A stretch of 64,000 nucleotides of DNA, from NCBI GenBank assembly GCA_012295275.1, contig CM022669.1, forward strand, positions 11,408,001-11,472,000. Reading direction: 5' to 3'. How positions within the stretch are numbered: position 1 is the stretch's first letter; every line of letters starts with the position of its first letter. The DNA comes from Chrysomallon squamiferum (lineage: Eukaryota; Animalia; Mollusca). The position numbers and the translations under genes are program-made. The notes under the pieces are model-generated. The model saw only the letters and a program-made list of their open reading frames with translations, was not told where the DNA came from and made no database searches. Positions 12,163 through 25,299 of the stretch are shown here, one piece after another.

Positions 12163-14215
12163 TACAAGTGATTTTCTATCAGCACACTGATGTTTTTACA
12201 AGTGATTTTCTATCAGTGCTGTGACGTTTTTACAACTGATTTTCTATTAATACTGGGACGTTTTTATAAGATGATTTTCTGTTAATACTGTGACGTTTTT
12301 GAATCAGGATTTTTCTATCAGTACACTGTTGTTTTAACAAGATGGTTTTCTATCAGTACTGTGACGTTTTTACAAGTGATTTTCTATCAGTGCTGTGACG
12401 TTTTTACAAGTGATTTTCTATCAGTACAGTGACGTTTTTACAAGTGATTTTCTATCAGTGCTGTGACGTTTTTACAAGTGATTTTCTATCAGTACAGTGA
12501 CGTTCTTACAAGTGATTTTCTATCAGTACAGTGACGTTTTTACAAGTGATTTTCTATTAATACTGTGACGTTTTTACGAGTGATTTCCAATCAGTACAGT
12601 GACGTTTTTACAAGATGATGTTCTATAAGTACAGTAACGTTTTTACGAGTGATTTTCTATCAGCGCTGTGACGTTTTTACAAGATGATGTTCTATAAGTA
12701 CAGTAACGTTTTTACGAGTGATTTTCTATCAGCGCTGTGTCGTTTTTACAAGATGATGTTCTATAAGTACAGTAACGTTTTTTGATTTTCTATCAGCACA
12801 GTGATGTTTTTACGAGTTTTCCAGTCAGTACAGTGACGTTTTTACAAGATGATGTTCTACAGTAACGTTTTTACGAGTGATTTTCTATCAGCGCTGTGAC
12901 GTTTTTACAAGATGATGTTCTATAAGTACAGTAACGTTTTTACGAGTGATTTTCTATCAGCGCTGTGACGTTTTTACAAGATGATGTTCTATAAGTACAG
13001 TAACGTTTTTACGAGTGATTTTCTATCAGCACAGTGATGTTTTTACGAGTGATTTTCTATCAGCACAGTGATGTTTTTACGAGTGATTTTCTATCAGCAC
13101 AGTGATGTTTTTACGAGTGATTTCCAATCAGTACAGTGACGTTTTTACAAGATGATGTTCTATAAGTACAGTAACGTTTTTACGAGTGATTTTCTATCAG
13201 CGCTGTGACGTTTTTACAAGATGATGTTCTATTACAGTAACGTTTTTACGAGTGATTTTCTATCAGCGCTGTGACGTTTTTACAAGATGATGTTCTATAA
13301 GTACAGTAACGTTTTTACGAGTGATTTTCTATCAGCACAGTGATGTTTTTACGAGTGATTTCCAATCAGTACAGTGACGTTTTTACAAGATGATGTTCTT
13401 TACAGTAACGTTTTTACGAGTGATTTTCTATCAGCGCTGTGACGTTTTTACAAGATGATGTTCTATACAGTAACGTTTTTACGAGTGATTTTCTATCAGC
13501 ACAGTGATGTTTTTTTACGAGTGATTTCCAATCAGTACAGTGACGTTTTTACAAGATGATGTTCTATAAGTACAGTAACGTTTTTACGAGTGATTTTTAT
13601 CAGCGCTGTGACGTTTTTACAAGATGATGTTCTATAAGTACAGTAACGTTTTTACGAGTGATTTTCTATCAGCGCTGTGACGTTTTTACAAGATGATGTT
13701 CTATAAGTACAGTAACGTTTTTACGAGTGATTTTCTATCAGCACAGTGATGTTTTTACGAGTGATTTCCAATCAGTACAGTGACGTTTTTACAAGATGAT
13801 GTTCTATAAGTACAGTAACGTTTTTACGAGTGATTTTCTATCAGCGCTGTGACGTTTTTACAAGATGATGTTCTATAAGTACAGTAACGTTTTTACGAGT
13901 GATTTTCTATCAGCGCTGTGACGTTTTTACAAGATGATGTTCTATAAGTACAGTAACGTTTTTACGAGTGATTTTCTATCAGCACAGTGATGTTTTTACG
14001 AGTGATTTTCTATCAGCGCTGTGACGTTTTTACAAGATGATGTTCTATCAGCACAGTGATGTTTTTACGAGTGATTTCCAATCAGTACAGTGACGTTTTT
14101 ACAAGATGATGTTCTATAAGTACAGTAACGTTTTTACAAGGTATTTCCTATCAGTACAGTGAGGTTTGTACAAGACGGTTTTCGATCAGCACAGTATCGT
14201 TTTTACAAGATTATT
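12163..14215. repeat. 34/35-bp minisatellite (~60 units) with higher-order structure
   Basis: Monomer GTGACGTTTTTACAAGTGATTTTCTATCAGT(A/G)C(A/T) at 12361, 12395 and 12429. From ~12600 the 35-bp GTGACGTTTTTACAAGATGATGTTCTATAAGTACA alternates with the 34-bp GTAACGTTTTTACGAGTGATTTTCTATCAGC(GCT/ACA). Confidence 0.97.
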
Positions 14216-14554
14216 TATGCGTACCATTGACGTTTGTACACATGAATGTACAATTTTCTGAGTACATTGAGTTTAATTCAAGGGAATTGTGAGTTTTTCA
14301 AAAAACATCTGTTGATTACCTTATTTACAAAAGAGAGTTTCTGAGTTACTCCTGATCCTGTACATGACACAGAACAAGTGATAAACGCCTGTAATTGAAT
14401 TTCTCACTGATTCTGACTGGTTTCATTGCAAGGACAGCTGATCACAGATAGCCAGCTTCGAACTTTTCTAACTATTCACAGAGACGCAGTTATTTATTCA
14501 GCATAAAAATATGTCACATACAGTCAAGAGCTGATGGTGACAATATACAGACAG

Positions 14555-14665
14555 ATAATATTCCAAGAAGCAAGAAAGAAAGAAAGAAAAAACATTCTGT
14601 AAGAAGATATTCCAAGAAGAAAGAAAGAAAGAAAAACATGCTGTGAGAAGATATTCCAAAATAAA
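14555..14665. repeat. Short imperfect duplication AGATATTCCAAGAAG(C/A)AAGAAAGAAAGAAAAACAT (2 copies plus a partial)
   Basis: Read directly. Confidence 0.75.
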
Positions 14666-14867
14666 AGGAAAACAGATTTTTTTTTTTTTTTAAATGATCC
14701 TTACACATTATTATTATTTTTTATAATAAAAAGACATATTAGATATTCTTGAACTATAATAAGGTGTCTGTTTTAGACAGGCATGTCTTTTGTTCAGGTG
14801 ACAGTTTATACAGGTTGAGCATGACTGCATAAAGCCTCTCTGAAGATTAATAATATTGATTTTGAAG

Positions 14868-14870
14868 TGT

Positions 14871-14919
<49 letters not shown>
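14868..14919. repeat. (TG)n microsatellite
   Basis: Read directly. Confidence 0.95.
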
Positions 14920-14924
<5 letters not shown>

Positions 14925-15844
14925 TATTAAAGATGTTCTTCTAGAAAGTAAGAATCTGCATCATCTATGTATATTAGTTTATAGCATGTATTACACAGAC
15001 ATAATTGTTTTTTTCCATGTTTATTAAACTGTCGTGTAACATCATCAACACAAACACAACACGTTATGTAACCTCTGTGAAAATACAAGCCTTAATTGTG
15101 ACTAGGCTTTAGAAAGTTATTTCATTTTAAAACTAATAACAGCGATATGAACTAATTAATTCATAAAGTTATCTAATATTAGTAGTATTAATAATAACAA
15201 CAAAATACCAATAACAATATTTTAACACAGATATCACATTTTAGGATTTAGGAACATCCACATAACTATGTTTATAAAGTTTGTAGAATGTTTAAAATTA
15301 ATAACAGCAACAGAAACCGCATAATTCATAAAGCTATCTCCTTTTAGGATTATTAATAATAACAGCTAATTCCACATAACAATATTTATTGCAGGATCAG
15401 CAACAACAACTGAATCAAGTGATAAAACTGTTTTGATTTATAAATATTGGATTTGGATGCCGTTGTTGCCGATGTCACTATCCCCGCATCCTAGCCTCTA
15501 ATTGGTATTGACAGATCACTGCACGCTGTCCACTGGAGCAGACGATGCCCTGACCCCTATCATGTCTCAAAGCAAGAAACAGTTTCAGCTCATAACACAC
15601 TTCACGTGTATATTGTCTGTAATTGTATTATGCCCTCACTAGTTCATGTTTAATATAAGCCCGTAACTTTGAAGTGTGCAATATAACAGTTGCGAAAATC
15701 TCTTATTTCTTTTTAATGATATTTGTTTTCGTTCAAATATCCTTTTTTCTTTATGTTTTTCTTTTTTCTTTCTCCCTTTTTTGTCTTTCAAAAAGATGTT
15801 TTAATAATGTTTTCAGTTTTATTACAGATTTCTTTCTCTTCTTT

Positions 15845-15876
<32 letters not shown>

Positions 15877-16004
15877 TTTTTCTCTCCAGTGTTTATAGTT
15901 AGGTATTAACATAATCTCAGGTTATGAGAAACAATTTATTTTATGAGATAATATTTTTCTCTTCATACATTTTTTCTTCCCAAGGATTTTAAACAAAAAA
16001 GATA

Positions 16005-16810
16005 TGATTCATATAGCTAACAATAATTATTTCTTTGTTTCTTTGTTAAAGATGCAGTCGAAGATAGTATTAGTTAAAACTGTTTACTATAACTGGAGGT
16101 GACTAACATTATGCTGTTTATTATCAAAAGATATTCATACCTCTGTAAACAAATAAATTATTACTACATTGTTCATTATTAAACATTTGCATACACCCAG
16201 TGTGAAATAACATGTATAGCTAACATTAAAAAAAAAAAAATAAAAATTATTACTTTATTTATTATTAAAAATACACATGTATTTTTTTCTTATTAATAAA
16301 CATATGCATGCAAAACATGCCTATAGCTAAGAGAAAAATAATGATATACTGTTTGTGTACTTGCAGCAGCCAACAAGAATTAATCCATATAGCTGACACG
16401 GTAAAAAATAAAAATTATTATTACATTGTTTGTTATTAAAGATATAAATTCAGCTAACAGTGAGTGTAAAAAAGAATATTATTACATTATTATTTTAAAA
16501 ATACAAACACACGATACAAGCCAGTGTGAGTTAATGCATATAGCTGACACTATAAAAATATATATATATATATTACATTGTTTACTATTAAAGATATACG
16601 TACAACCAATATGAAATAATACTTGTAGCTGGACACCACATAAACAATATAAATTGATTTTACATTGTTTATTGTCAAAAATAGAGCCAATGTGAAATAA
16701 TTCATACAAGTGACACTAATATATATATATATAAAATATTACATTGTTTAGTATTAAAGATATGCATACACCGACACAGTGTGAGATAATACACATAGAT
16801 AACACTGACA
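16005..16810. repeat. Old degenerate ~80-90-bp minisatellite (CAGTGTGAAATAA..ATAGCT(A/G)ACA..ATTACATTGTTT..TTAAAGATAT)
   Basis: TAGCT(A/G)A anchors at ~16013, 16217, 16324, 16390, 16541 and 16626, plus repeated ACATTGTTT..TTAAAGATA blocks. Confidence 0.75.
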
Positions 16811-17094
16811 AGGATACTGCATGTGAGTAATGTGTTTCATTATGGATGTTATGTTATGACTTTGCTTTCTGGTTCATTTTCACGGCAGACTGTTTAACAC
16901 TTGAGGTTGATTAATTAACTGATAATTACAGTGTCGGAAGATCAAGGTTTTGCTAATTAACAGCTAACTGTCGGAGCAGTCGAGCCAGACATTACCTGGC
17001 AAAGGCTCGCAATATGTCCAATGTTTTATTAATTAACAGTGTCAGCCAAATGATTAATTTTCATTTTGGTACAGTAAGTTTCTGGGGTGGGTTT

Positions 17095-17137
<43 letters not shown>

Positions 17138-18231
17138 TTAATATTGAAAAAAAAGGTTTTATGCTCAGTTTTTGTAATTTTATTCATTCAAATTCAAAAA
17201 TGCTCTGTATGTTACTAAATTTACTTTATAAATATCATTAGTTCTTTTAAAATAATTACTTTAATTTCATTCATTTTTCCTTAATTTTATCATTATAAAA
17301 GTAAGAGCCTATTTTTTTTTTTTTTTTTTTTTTTAAATGTCCATCTCTAAATATAAAAATAAATAAAGGGCATGGGATAAAATGCAGTATTTTACCCTCC
17401 ACTTTATTAAAACTTCTATTTTAATCTGTGTAATAAGCCCACCATTGTTCCTTTAATTTAATGAAAACTAGTATTTTACCTTTAAGGTTAATGACAACCA
17501 GTATTTTATTTTCTCTTTCTGAAAACCTCAGTTTATTAAAACCTACTATTTTTCTATCAGTTAATTAAAAAAAAATAATAATAATAATAAAATAAAGAAA
17601 ATATTTGACAGAGACATTACACCATTTGAAATTACAGACCTGGTTTGTTCATCAAGAAGCACTTTATTCCGAAACAACAGCCGAGCAATCTGACATAAAT
17701 TACCCTTTTACAGGAGCTAAATATACAACTGTCTCTGGGAAACAATTTAAAAAGACCCCTTGCTGTTAACAAAAAATGAAATAGTCTTTACATAGCCATG
17801 CATTTTGCTATATTTGAAAAACTAATGATTACCAATAACATATGGTCTCTGCGATATAATGGTGGATTTTTGGGGTTTTTTTTTCTTCTTAATTTAAAAT
17901 GTTTTGATCTTATTTCTACTGCTCCTGTATTCTTCTCAAAATAAACTGATATAGAACAGACAGTTTATTATCCCAAATTTATAAAGTTTTTCTATTTGTG
18001 TTATCAGAAATATAGGAACGACTACAGTGTTTGATAATAATGGTTTATAATGGATTCATAAATGTCGTCATTATAAGAAATTTAAGTGCATCTCATTGTC
18101 TGTGTTCTTATAATAAAATACTGGCCGATTTGAGGGAAATCAACTCAGTGGCCTTCTTGTCTTATTTACTAATATATTATTTTATTTTCCAATCACTCAT
18201 TCTTCATATGGATATTAATGAATTATTATTA

Positions 18232-18720
18232 TAATTACCAGGAAGCTAGTACAACCACTCATCAGGTAAGTTACCAGTTGAATTTAGTTACCAACCAGTC
18301 AATACAAATACAAATTGTTACCAACTTGATTGCCATTTAATACTGTTACAAACAACACAATTGCTAGTTATCATAGTTACCAAACAGAGAATACAATTAT
18401 CAGTTACTATATTTAGCAAACAACACAAGAATCAATTATTATATTTAGCAAATAACACAATTACCCATTATTATATTTAGCAAATAACACAGTTACCAAA
18501 CAACACAATTACCAGTGAGTAATTAATTCTATCTGTAAATGTTACTTACCAGGCAACCATCAAATTCAAATGTCAGTTAGCATAACTATTAAACAGCCTA
18601 GCAGTTACAAAAATTTGCTATTAAACATGTAGTCGGTTATCAAAAATTCAATAAGACGAATTACCAGTTATCTGTTCAATTTACAAGTCATTTAAAACAG
18701 TTATCAGTAGACAAAAACAA
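18232..18720. repeat. Degenerate ~30-bp repeat (AACAACACAATTACCAGTTA / ATATTTAGCAAA)
   Basis: Recurring TTACCAG, ATATTTAGCAAA and AACACAA blocks. Confidence 0.65.
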
Positions 18721-19149
18721 CAGGTAGAAGATATTTATTCCAGTCTCCTATTAATCGCCATCACCAATCAAATAAAAGTCACCAGATAGTCACCTCTTTT
18801 ATTCAAAGTTAATAACTTCTGTATTTCATTCAGCTATATACCATTACTGCCCATGACATATACATTTTATTACACAAGTAATTTGCCAAGGACCGAAATA
18901 CTTCTGTCACTGTGACTGACGCTTGTAAGAATATGATTTCCTCTCTGTTATGTCATATGATGGAGTTACAAGAATTTCAGCGATCAGTAACAATGAGATT
19001 GTCTGTAGAATCCATGGGTTTGAAATCTTTTCTTTTTTTCTTTTGGTTGAATCTATTTTTGGAAGTTTCATGTTAGGGTCTAATTTCAGTATCATACATT
19101 TATAAAATTCAAGGGGTTTTGAGAATTACATATTATTTGTTATTTTATT

Positions 19150-19180
<31 letters not shown>

Positions 19181-20185
19181 TTTTAATTTAATTTAATTTA
19201 ATTTAATTTAATTTAATTTAATTTATTTATTTATTATTTGCATTAATTTATTTTTGAATGGTACATAATTAAAGTTTTATATAACTTTATAAAACCCTTA
19301 GGAATGAAAATTTAAAAACTTGTTTTGTGTTAATGTATTTATGAAAGTTTTATGTAAATATTAAATTCCCATATAGCACATTTATAACCACCAGGGTTTT
19401 GAAAACATCTTTTATTTATCAATTGTATGAAATTACTTTTGAAACTTTATTTTAGATTATATTTCTGATATTATACAGAGATAGATTTATGTGGGTTTTT
19501 TTTTACTTTAATATTAAATTATTTTTCAAACATTTACATTTTACAAAAAAAATAAAAATTTTTTTTTTTTTTTTTTTTTTATAAAAACATAAATAATAAA
19601 AATGAAAAAATATTTCTTACCTTGTACATTTGCAACATAAAATTTCAAAATTGTTCTTTCTTTACTTTTGGGCATTTATATATGTTTTTTATCTGAAAAG
19701 ATCCAATTCTTCTCAAGAGATTACATACAGACAGACTACAACTTTTTTCACTAACATTAATATCATTTAAATCTGTTCTGGCATGAATAATATTTGTTCT
19801 GTGATACCCTATGCTTCTGTCATAATCAGCAACAAGCAAAAACACATGTGATGTTTATCCTGGTATCTTCCCATGTTAGACAGTGAAGAATGTATTTGCA
19901 TAGATAAACTAAAGACGAGCATTTGTGAGGTAGGTGAGTTTGGTACATTCGTTAATGTACCTGTTTAACCGTACTTGAACAGCATGCAATACAAGACATT
20001 GCATATCATGTATATATCTACCTGGCTTTTGTAAAATACTAATATATATGTATGTACCTATGTTACATCATGTACATTTATATGTACCAGTATTATAAAA
20101 CATATTCAATTTTATGCATTCATATTGGCTTACATGCATGCATATATACATGGATGGATAGATGGATGTTCGATTAGAAGGATAG

Positions 20186-20228
<43 letters not shown>

Positions 20229-20605
20229 TGAACCACTATTATTTAAAACCCTGTATATCACATCAGTATTTACCAGTGTTACATAAAACAGCCACAGTTA
20301 ATGTCATTTATATTTTATCAGTAAGTGCTTTGAAAAAAAAAAATACAGCATCAATGACTATGAAATCCTAAGGGAGTGGTGTACACTTAACCGATTCCTG
20401 ACTGTTATTTCAGCTGTGTGTTACGAAGTTTATAATTCACGTGAATATGTAATATTGATGGTATCAGACAGAAGTGTGGTATGGAGAATAATACATAAAG
20501 TGCACTCGTTCGTACTAATGAATAATGTATAATATTAAACATTTGATACCAGCACTCTGATGAACTTCAAAAGAAACTAAGACTCACCGAGATATATACT
20601 GATTT

Positions 20606-20638
<33 letters not shown>

Positions 20639-21029
20639 CACAGACACACGCACGCGCACATTCTCAACCACACCAGAAAACTTGACAGTATGGAAGCGGA
20701 TATTCAAAATTAAAAAAAAATAAAATAAAATAAAATAAATAATAATAATAAATAAAAAATAAATAATAAAAAAGATTTTTATTTTGATTTGCAGGACAAA
20801 AGAAATAACTGGTTACTGTCGTAAGACAGAAGAATGTTGATCCTGCTCAGTCGGAATTTCAAATTCATCTCTCTTGCATATTCAGTTTATAACTCCGTTT
20901 CCCACAGAAACACACCTTGATACAATACACGGAATTTAATCCTTACATCATTTTTTTTTTTTTTTTTTTAATTATTTTTTAAAAAAACGAACAAAAACGT
21001 AAAATTAAGAAAATTCTAAAAAAGCAATG

Positions 21030-21500
21030 TTCACACAAAAGACTTTTACACAGTCGGCGACTTTCATTTGATATTTTAATAACGACTTTCGCTGCTTGGT
21101 CGTGCAGACATGATCTGATTACTCAAATAAAGATTTCCGAGCCGATTATCCGAGCGACACTGCACCCTTCCTTACATCTGCCGCAAACAAATGGCGGATT
21201 AGAGTCGAAAACCTCTGCCGTAAAGTCTCTTATACACGTGCGTATCAAATTTGCCCCGTCTCGCTGTAATCCCCAGGTACATGGATTCCTGCTGCGTGTG
21301 GCGTGAGAGTACATTAATTGTATGTAAAAACGGGTGTTTTTCCCCCCTCACAGACTCACTTGGTGTACGATTTTTACATAGAAATGAAAATTTTGTGAAA
21401 CGAGTCTCAAACTGGGCGTTAAATGGGAGAGCGAGCTCTGTGCTGCTGGGAACAAACTGACGTCTGATTGGAGTCAAATGTTTTACTGTGAGCTGAGGCT
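21030..21500. promoter_or_regulatory. CpG-rich island; candidate alternative promoter or enhancer within the inferred first intron
   Basis: Locally high GC and CpG. Motifs: YY1-like AAATGGCGG (~21189), E-box CACGTG (21235), CRE-like TGACGTC (21458), CCAATCAG on the minus strand (21464-21471), minus-strand TCAGTT and a CAA|GTGAGT donor at 21360/21359. Confidence 0.45.
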
Positions 21501-21541
21501 GTTTAATTAGTCTTGATACGGAAAGTATAACTTTAATTCTG

Positions 21542-21577
<36 letters not shown>

Positions 21578-23323
21578 TAAAACCAACATAAAAAAACAAC
21601 AACAATACCACAACCTTAAAAGAACTCCACCAATCAAATAATTTCAAGATATTTAAAAAAAAAAAAAAAAAAAAAACAAGTTGTAAAAATCCTTCTTCCA
21701 TCAACACCAAAAAGAGTGTATATTTTATTTAAATCCTTACTGTCTCGTACTTCAAAACTGTAATTTTTTCTTCTTCTTTTTTTTCATTTTAAAGAAATTC
21801 TCAGATGACAATTTAAGCCTTTGTCTCGCACACTGAGCTTGGTAATTGCAACAGCATAGCCCTGATCTAACTTACAACTCCCAACGGCTGGCTCTACGCA
21901 AACCGTGATTATTTTTTTATTTTTAAATGGCTTCTCATATTGGTTACAAGATTTTTATCTCATAATCCGTCTTGTTTTTTTTAGTATCTATCAGTTCAAG
22001 TCTGGTAAATGACCTTTCACCTTTTATGTAAAGACAGGTAACTTCACACAATCCGAGGTACCATTTACCCAAACAAAGGTATCGTTACCTGTGGATAACA
22101 ATCTTACTCATCTAACCTGTTGCTAACATGCAATGACAGAAACAAAAGTTTCGTAAGTTCAAGGGAAACAGAAGTGATCTGTTGTTGATGTTTAGCACTT
22201 TTAAATTTCTGAATGAGTGACTGAATGAGTAACTGAATGAATGAATGAATGAATGAATGAATGAATGAATGAAATTTTTGTATAATTAAGATATCTGTTT
22301 CAGTTAGGGGCTGTTCACAAACAACTTTTCAAAGACAAGAAAAACAAACAATTTACCGTTAATGGAAAGGACTATAATAATAAAAATAATAAAATCACTT
22401 GATGGTATTAATATAAGAACAGCAGTGGCAGCTTTCCTCTTATGATTTTCTGTCCACATCTTTGATCAGTTATTAATTTAGATTAAAATATTTTGAGCAT
22501 GTCATTTATACAAAGTATATTTTCCTCTCTTCATGAAATAACATAGTATGTACACAAGGTGGATTTCGTCCTTTGTTCCGTGAAAATACAGCACAGGACA
22601 TACCATGTACATTGAAATTTTAACCACATATGTTTGTTAGTGCTTTTCTTTGAAATAAAATTTATCTGATATTCAGTGATGGACATTATTTAGATAAAGT
22701 GACTGTATAATACATTACTGCAGTGTGTATTCCACAGAAAACGTATTCACATTCAGTAATTCAAATTATCATCTAAACAAGACAGCACGTACCAAACTCA
22801 TTCAGATAATTTGATCTCATAATGTTTTTCTTTTTGCTATAATGTATAACACTGACGTGCAGTTTGTCATTAACAAAAAGACACCACAAAACATATTCAT
22901 TCAGGTAATTCGACCACATGATGCACTATGATGAATTACCTATGTTGACACATATTGATGCAGATTATCTCTGTAGCATAATCAACAAGCAGCTGTTTGT
23001 ATGCACTGGTACTCGTGTGTGAAAAGTAATGACTGAATTACAGTCTATTAGTGCATGTCATTGTATCCAGGGAAGGATAAAATCAGCACACTCGGCTAGT
23101 TCCCTGATAACAGTAACCTTGCAGTAACTTCATCAGGACAGGAGAAAAAGGGCTGAAGAAAGAACAAGAAGAAAAAAGAGATGATTGTATGTTTTAAATT
23201 CTTGACGTAGTTTTGATTCTCTCTGGATAACAGTGTGGATTTTCACCTAGCCAAGGTCTTTAGCAGTAACAAAGTAAATTTACAACCTTCAATAGATGTT
23301 TGGCAATTAATAAAATAGTGAAT

Positions 23324-23328
<5 letters not shown>

Positions 23329-23410
<82 letters not shown>
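23329..23410. repeat. (GA)n microsatellite
   Basis: Read directly. Confidence 0.95.
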
Positions 23411-23414
<4 letters not shown>

Positions 23415-25299
23415 TATTTTCAAAGAAACATACTGTTATTTATGATGTTGATTACGACAAAGATGAAAGAAGTTATGAAATTTAAGAAAACGTAACGAAG
23501 AATACACATATTTGTTTATTAGATCAAAGATCAGACCACATTTCCTTGACTCAGGTATTCAGTGTCACAGCATATCACAGTCATCTCGTTTTCTTCATAT
23601 TCTTTTTATTTAATATTTTGTTCTTTAGCTTATAATAATTATCTTGTTTGTTAGTTAAAATGGATATTTTATACTTCAGAAGAATAGCAGGGATGCCAGC
23701 CTATTATATTGAGAATAAAGGGTTTAGGTATGTGATTTCAAAATATATGGCCTTTACTTGAAGTTAATCGAAAAGAAGGATGCCTCAGAGCTAATTTTTA
23801 TTTATTTTTTTAATTATTTCTATACACATTTTTAACAACATTATTATTATTATTATTATTATTATTTTTTTTTTATTTTTTTTTTTTTATTATTTTTTTT
23901 TTTATTCACATTATTAAATATTCATAAAATGTTTTTCGTAGGAATGTTGGTTAGTATGGTTGAATATATAGTTCAAAGGTGTGTCTCTGGAAGCGATAAT
24001 GTCAATTTTGAAATATCTGTCATAAATCATTCAAATGACAAAGTTGAACAGTATGTTTCAAAGTGTATCTATTTCACGCATGTATTGCAATTAAACATAA
24101 AAAAAAAACGCCACGTGTTAAAACAAAGTAACAAGATAACTGTGTATAACATAAAAAATAACACAACGTAATACACTATATAAGTTATCACGTAATTATT
24201 GCTATTTAACCTAAAATGAAGGCAAGCAGAAATAATTGTCTTTCCTTTCATGAAATGGATTGGCTTATATCATCATCATACATGTCGACTTTTTTTAGTG
24301 GGTGGAAATTTATGGCGCTGTAAAATGACTCATCCATAAAGTATTGAAACTGAACCAAGAATTTAAAACATGATGCATCACCAAACATACAAGATTATTA
24401 AGGACTCGTATCTGACACTGAAGTTTTTCTTAATGCATTAAATTAATAGATTTGACATATATTTCAGGAGTGAATGGAGAGAAGGAACTTCGAAGCACTG
24501 AAGGTTAAATTCTTGAGTTATACAATCTGCGGTATAACATATTTGCATGTACCGCAATGCACTGTAAAGTTGTTCATTGGTGAAATCCATTTTGTCAAAT
24601 AAAGATCATGTTTAATCTACTGTTGAGTTGATTTATGTTCCTTTCTGATTATAAATCAAAGAAATTTAAAAAGCAGAAGAAGAAGAAAAAGAAAAAGAAA
24701 GAAAAAGAAGAAGAAGAAAAAAAAAGACGGAAAAAAAAAATAAAACGTAAAAGAAAAAATATAGAAAAGGGAAAAAAGAGAAATATTTAAAAGTTGGGTA
24801 AAAATTACTGAAGTTAATGGGCTTCTGTTGACATAAAAAAAAAAAAACCCACGTATATGCTCTAACAAAGCACACAATATATAACTACATTGTACAACAC
24901 AGTAGTCTATACACTAAAAAGTTCTACAAAAGCTAATTTCTCTCAGTGTAATAACATACCAGGCTGGTGTATAACATTGTGCCACATCTTACAACAGCTT
25001 AGCCGAGACCTATTCAACTCGAATTTCAAATAACAGTCGCCATAAAGTAGACGGTGGCTATTTCTGATAAAAGAGAGGGCAGATGTTTTGAAAGGTGACC
25101 TGTTCTCTGTTGATTTTCCTCTCAATGGCTGAGGATGACATGAGGTAAAAGCACATAAAGTACGAGAAGGTGAAATATGCTGATATATTCATACCAGTTG
25201 TTGAAATACAGCAATATTCAGAGTTAGTAAATAAGTCATTTGTAAAACATTTTGATGGAGTTATTGTTGTTGCTACTGCTGTTGCCATGCTGTTGTTAG

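Noticed and set aside
12163-14215. CRISPR-like regular 34-35-bp repeats
   Set aside because: Units are head-to-tail with no unique spacers, there are no cas genes, and the context is eukaryotic.
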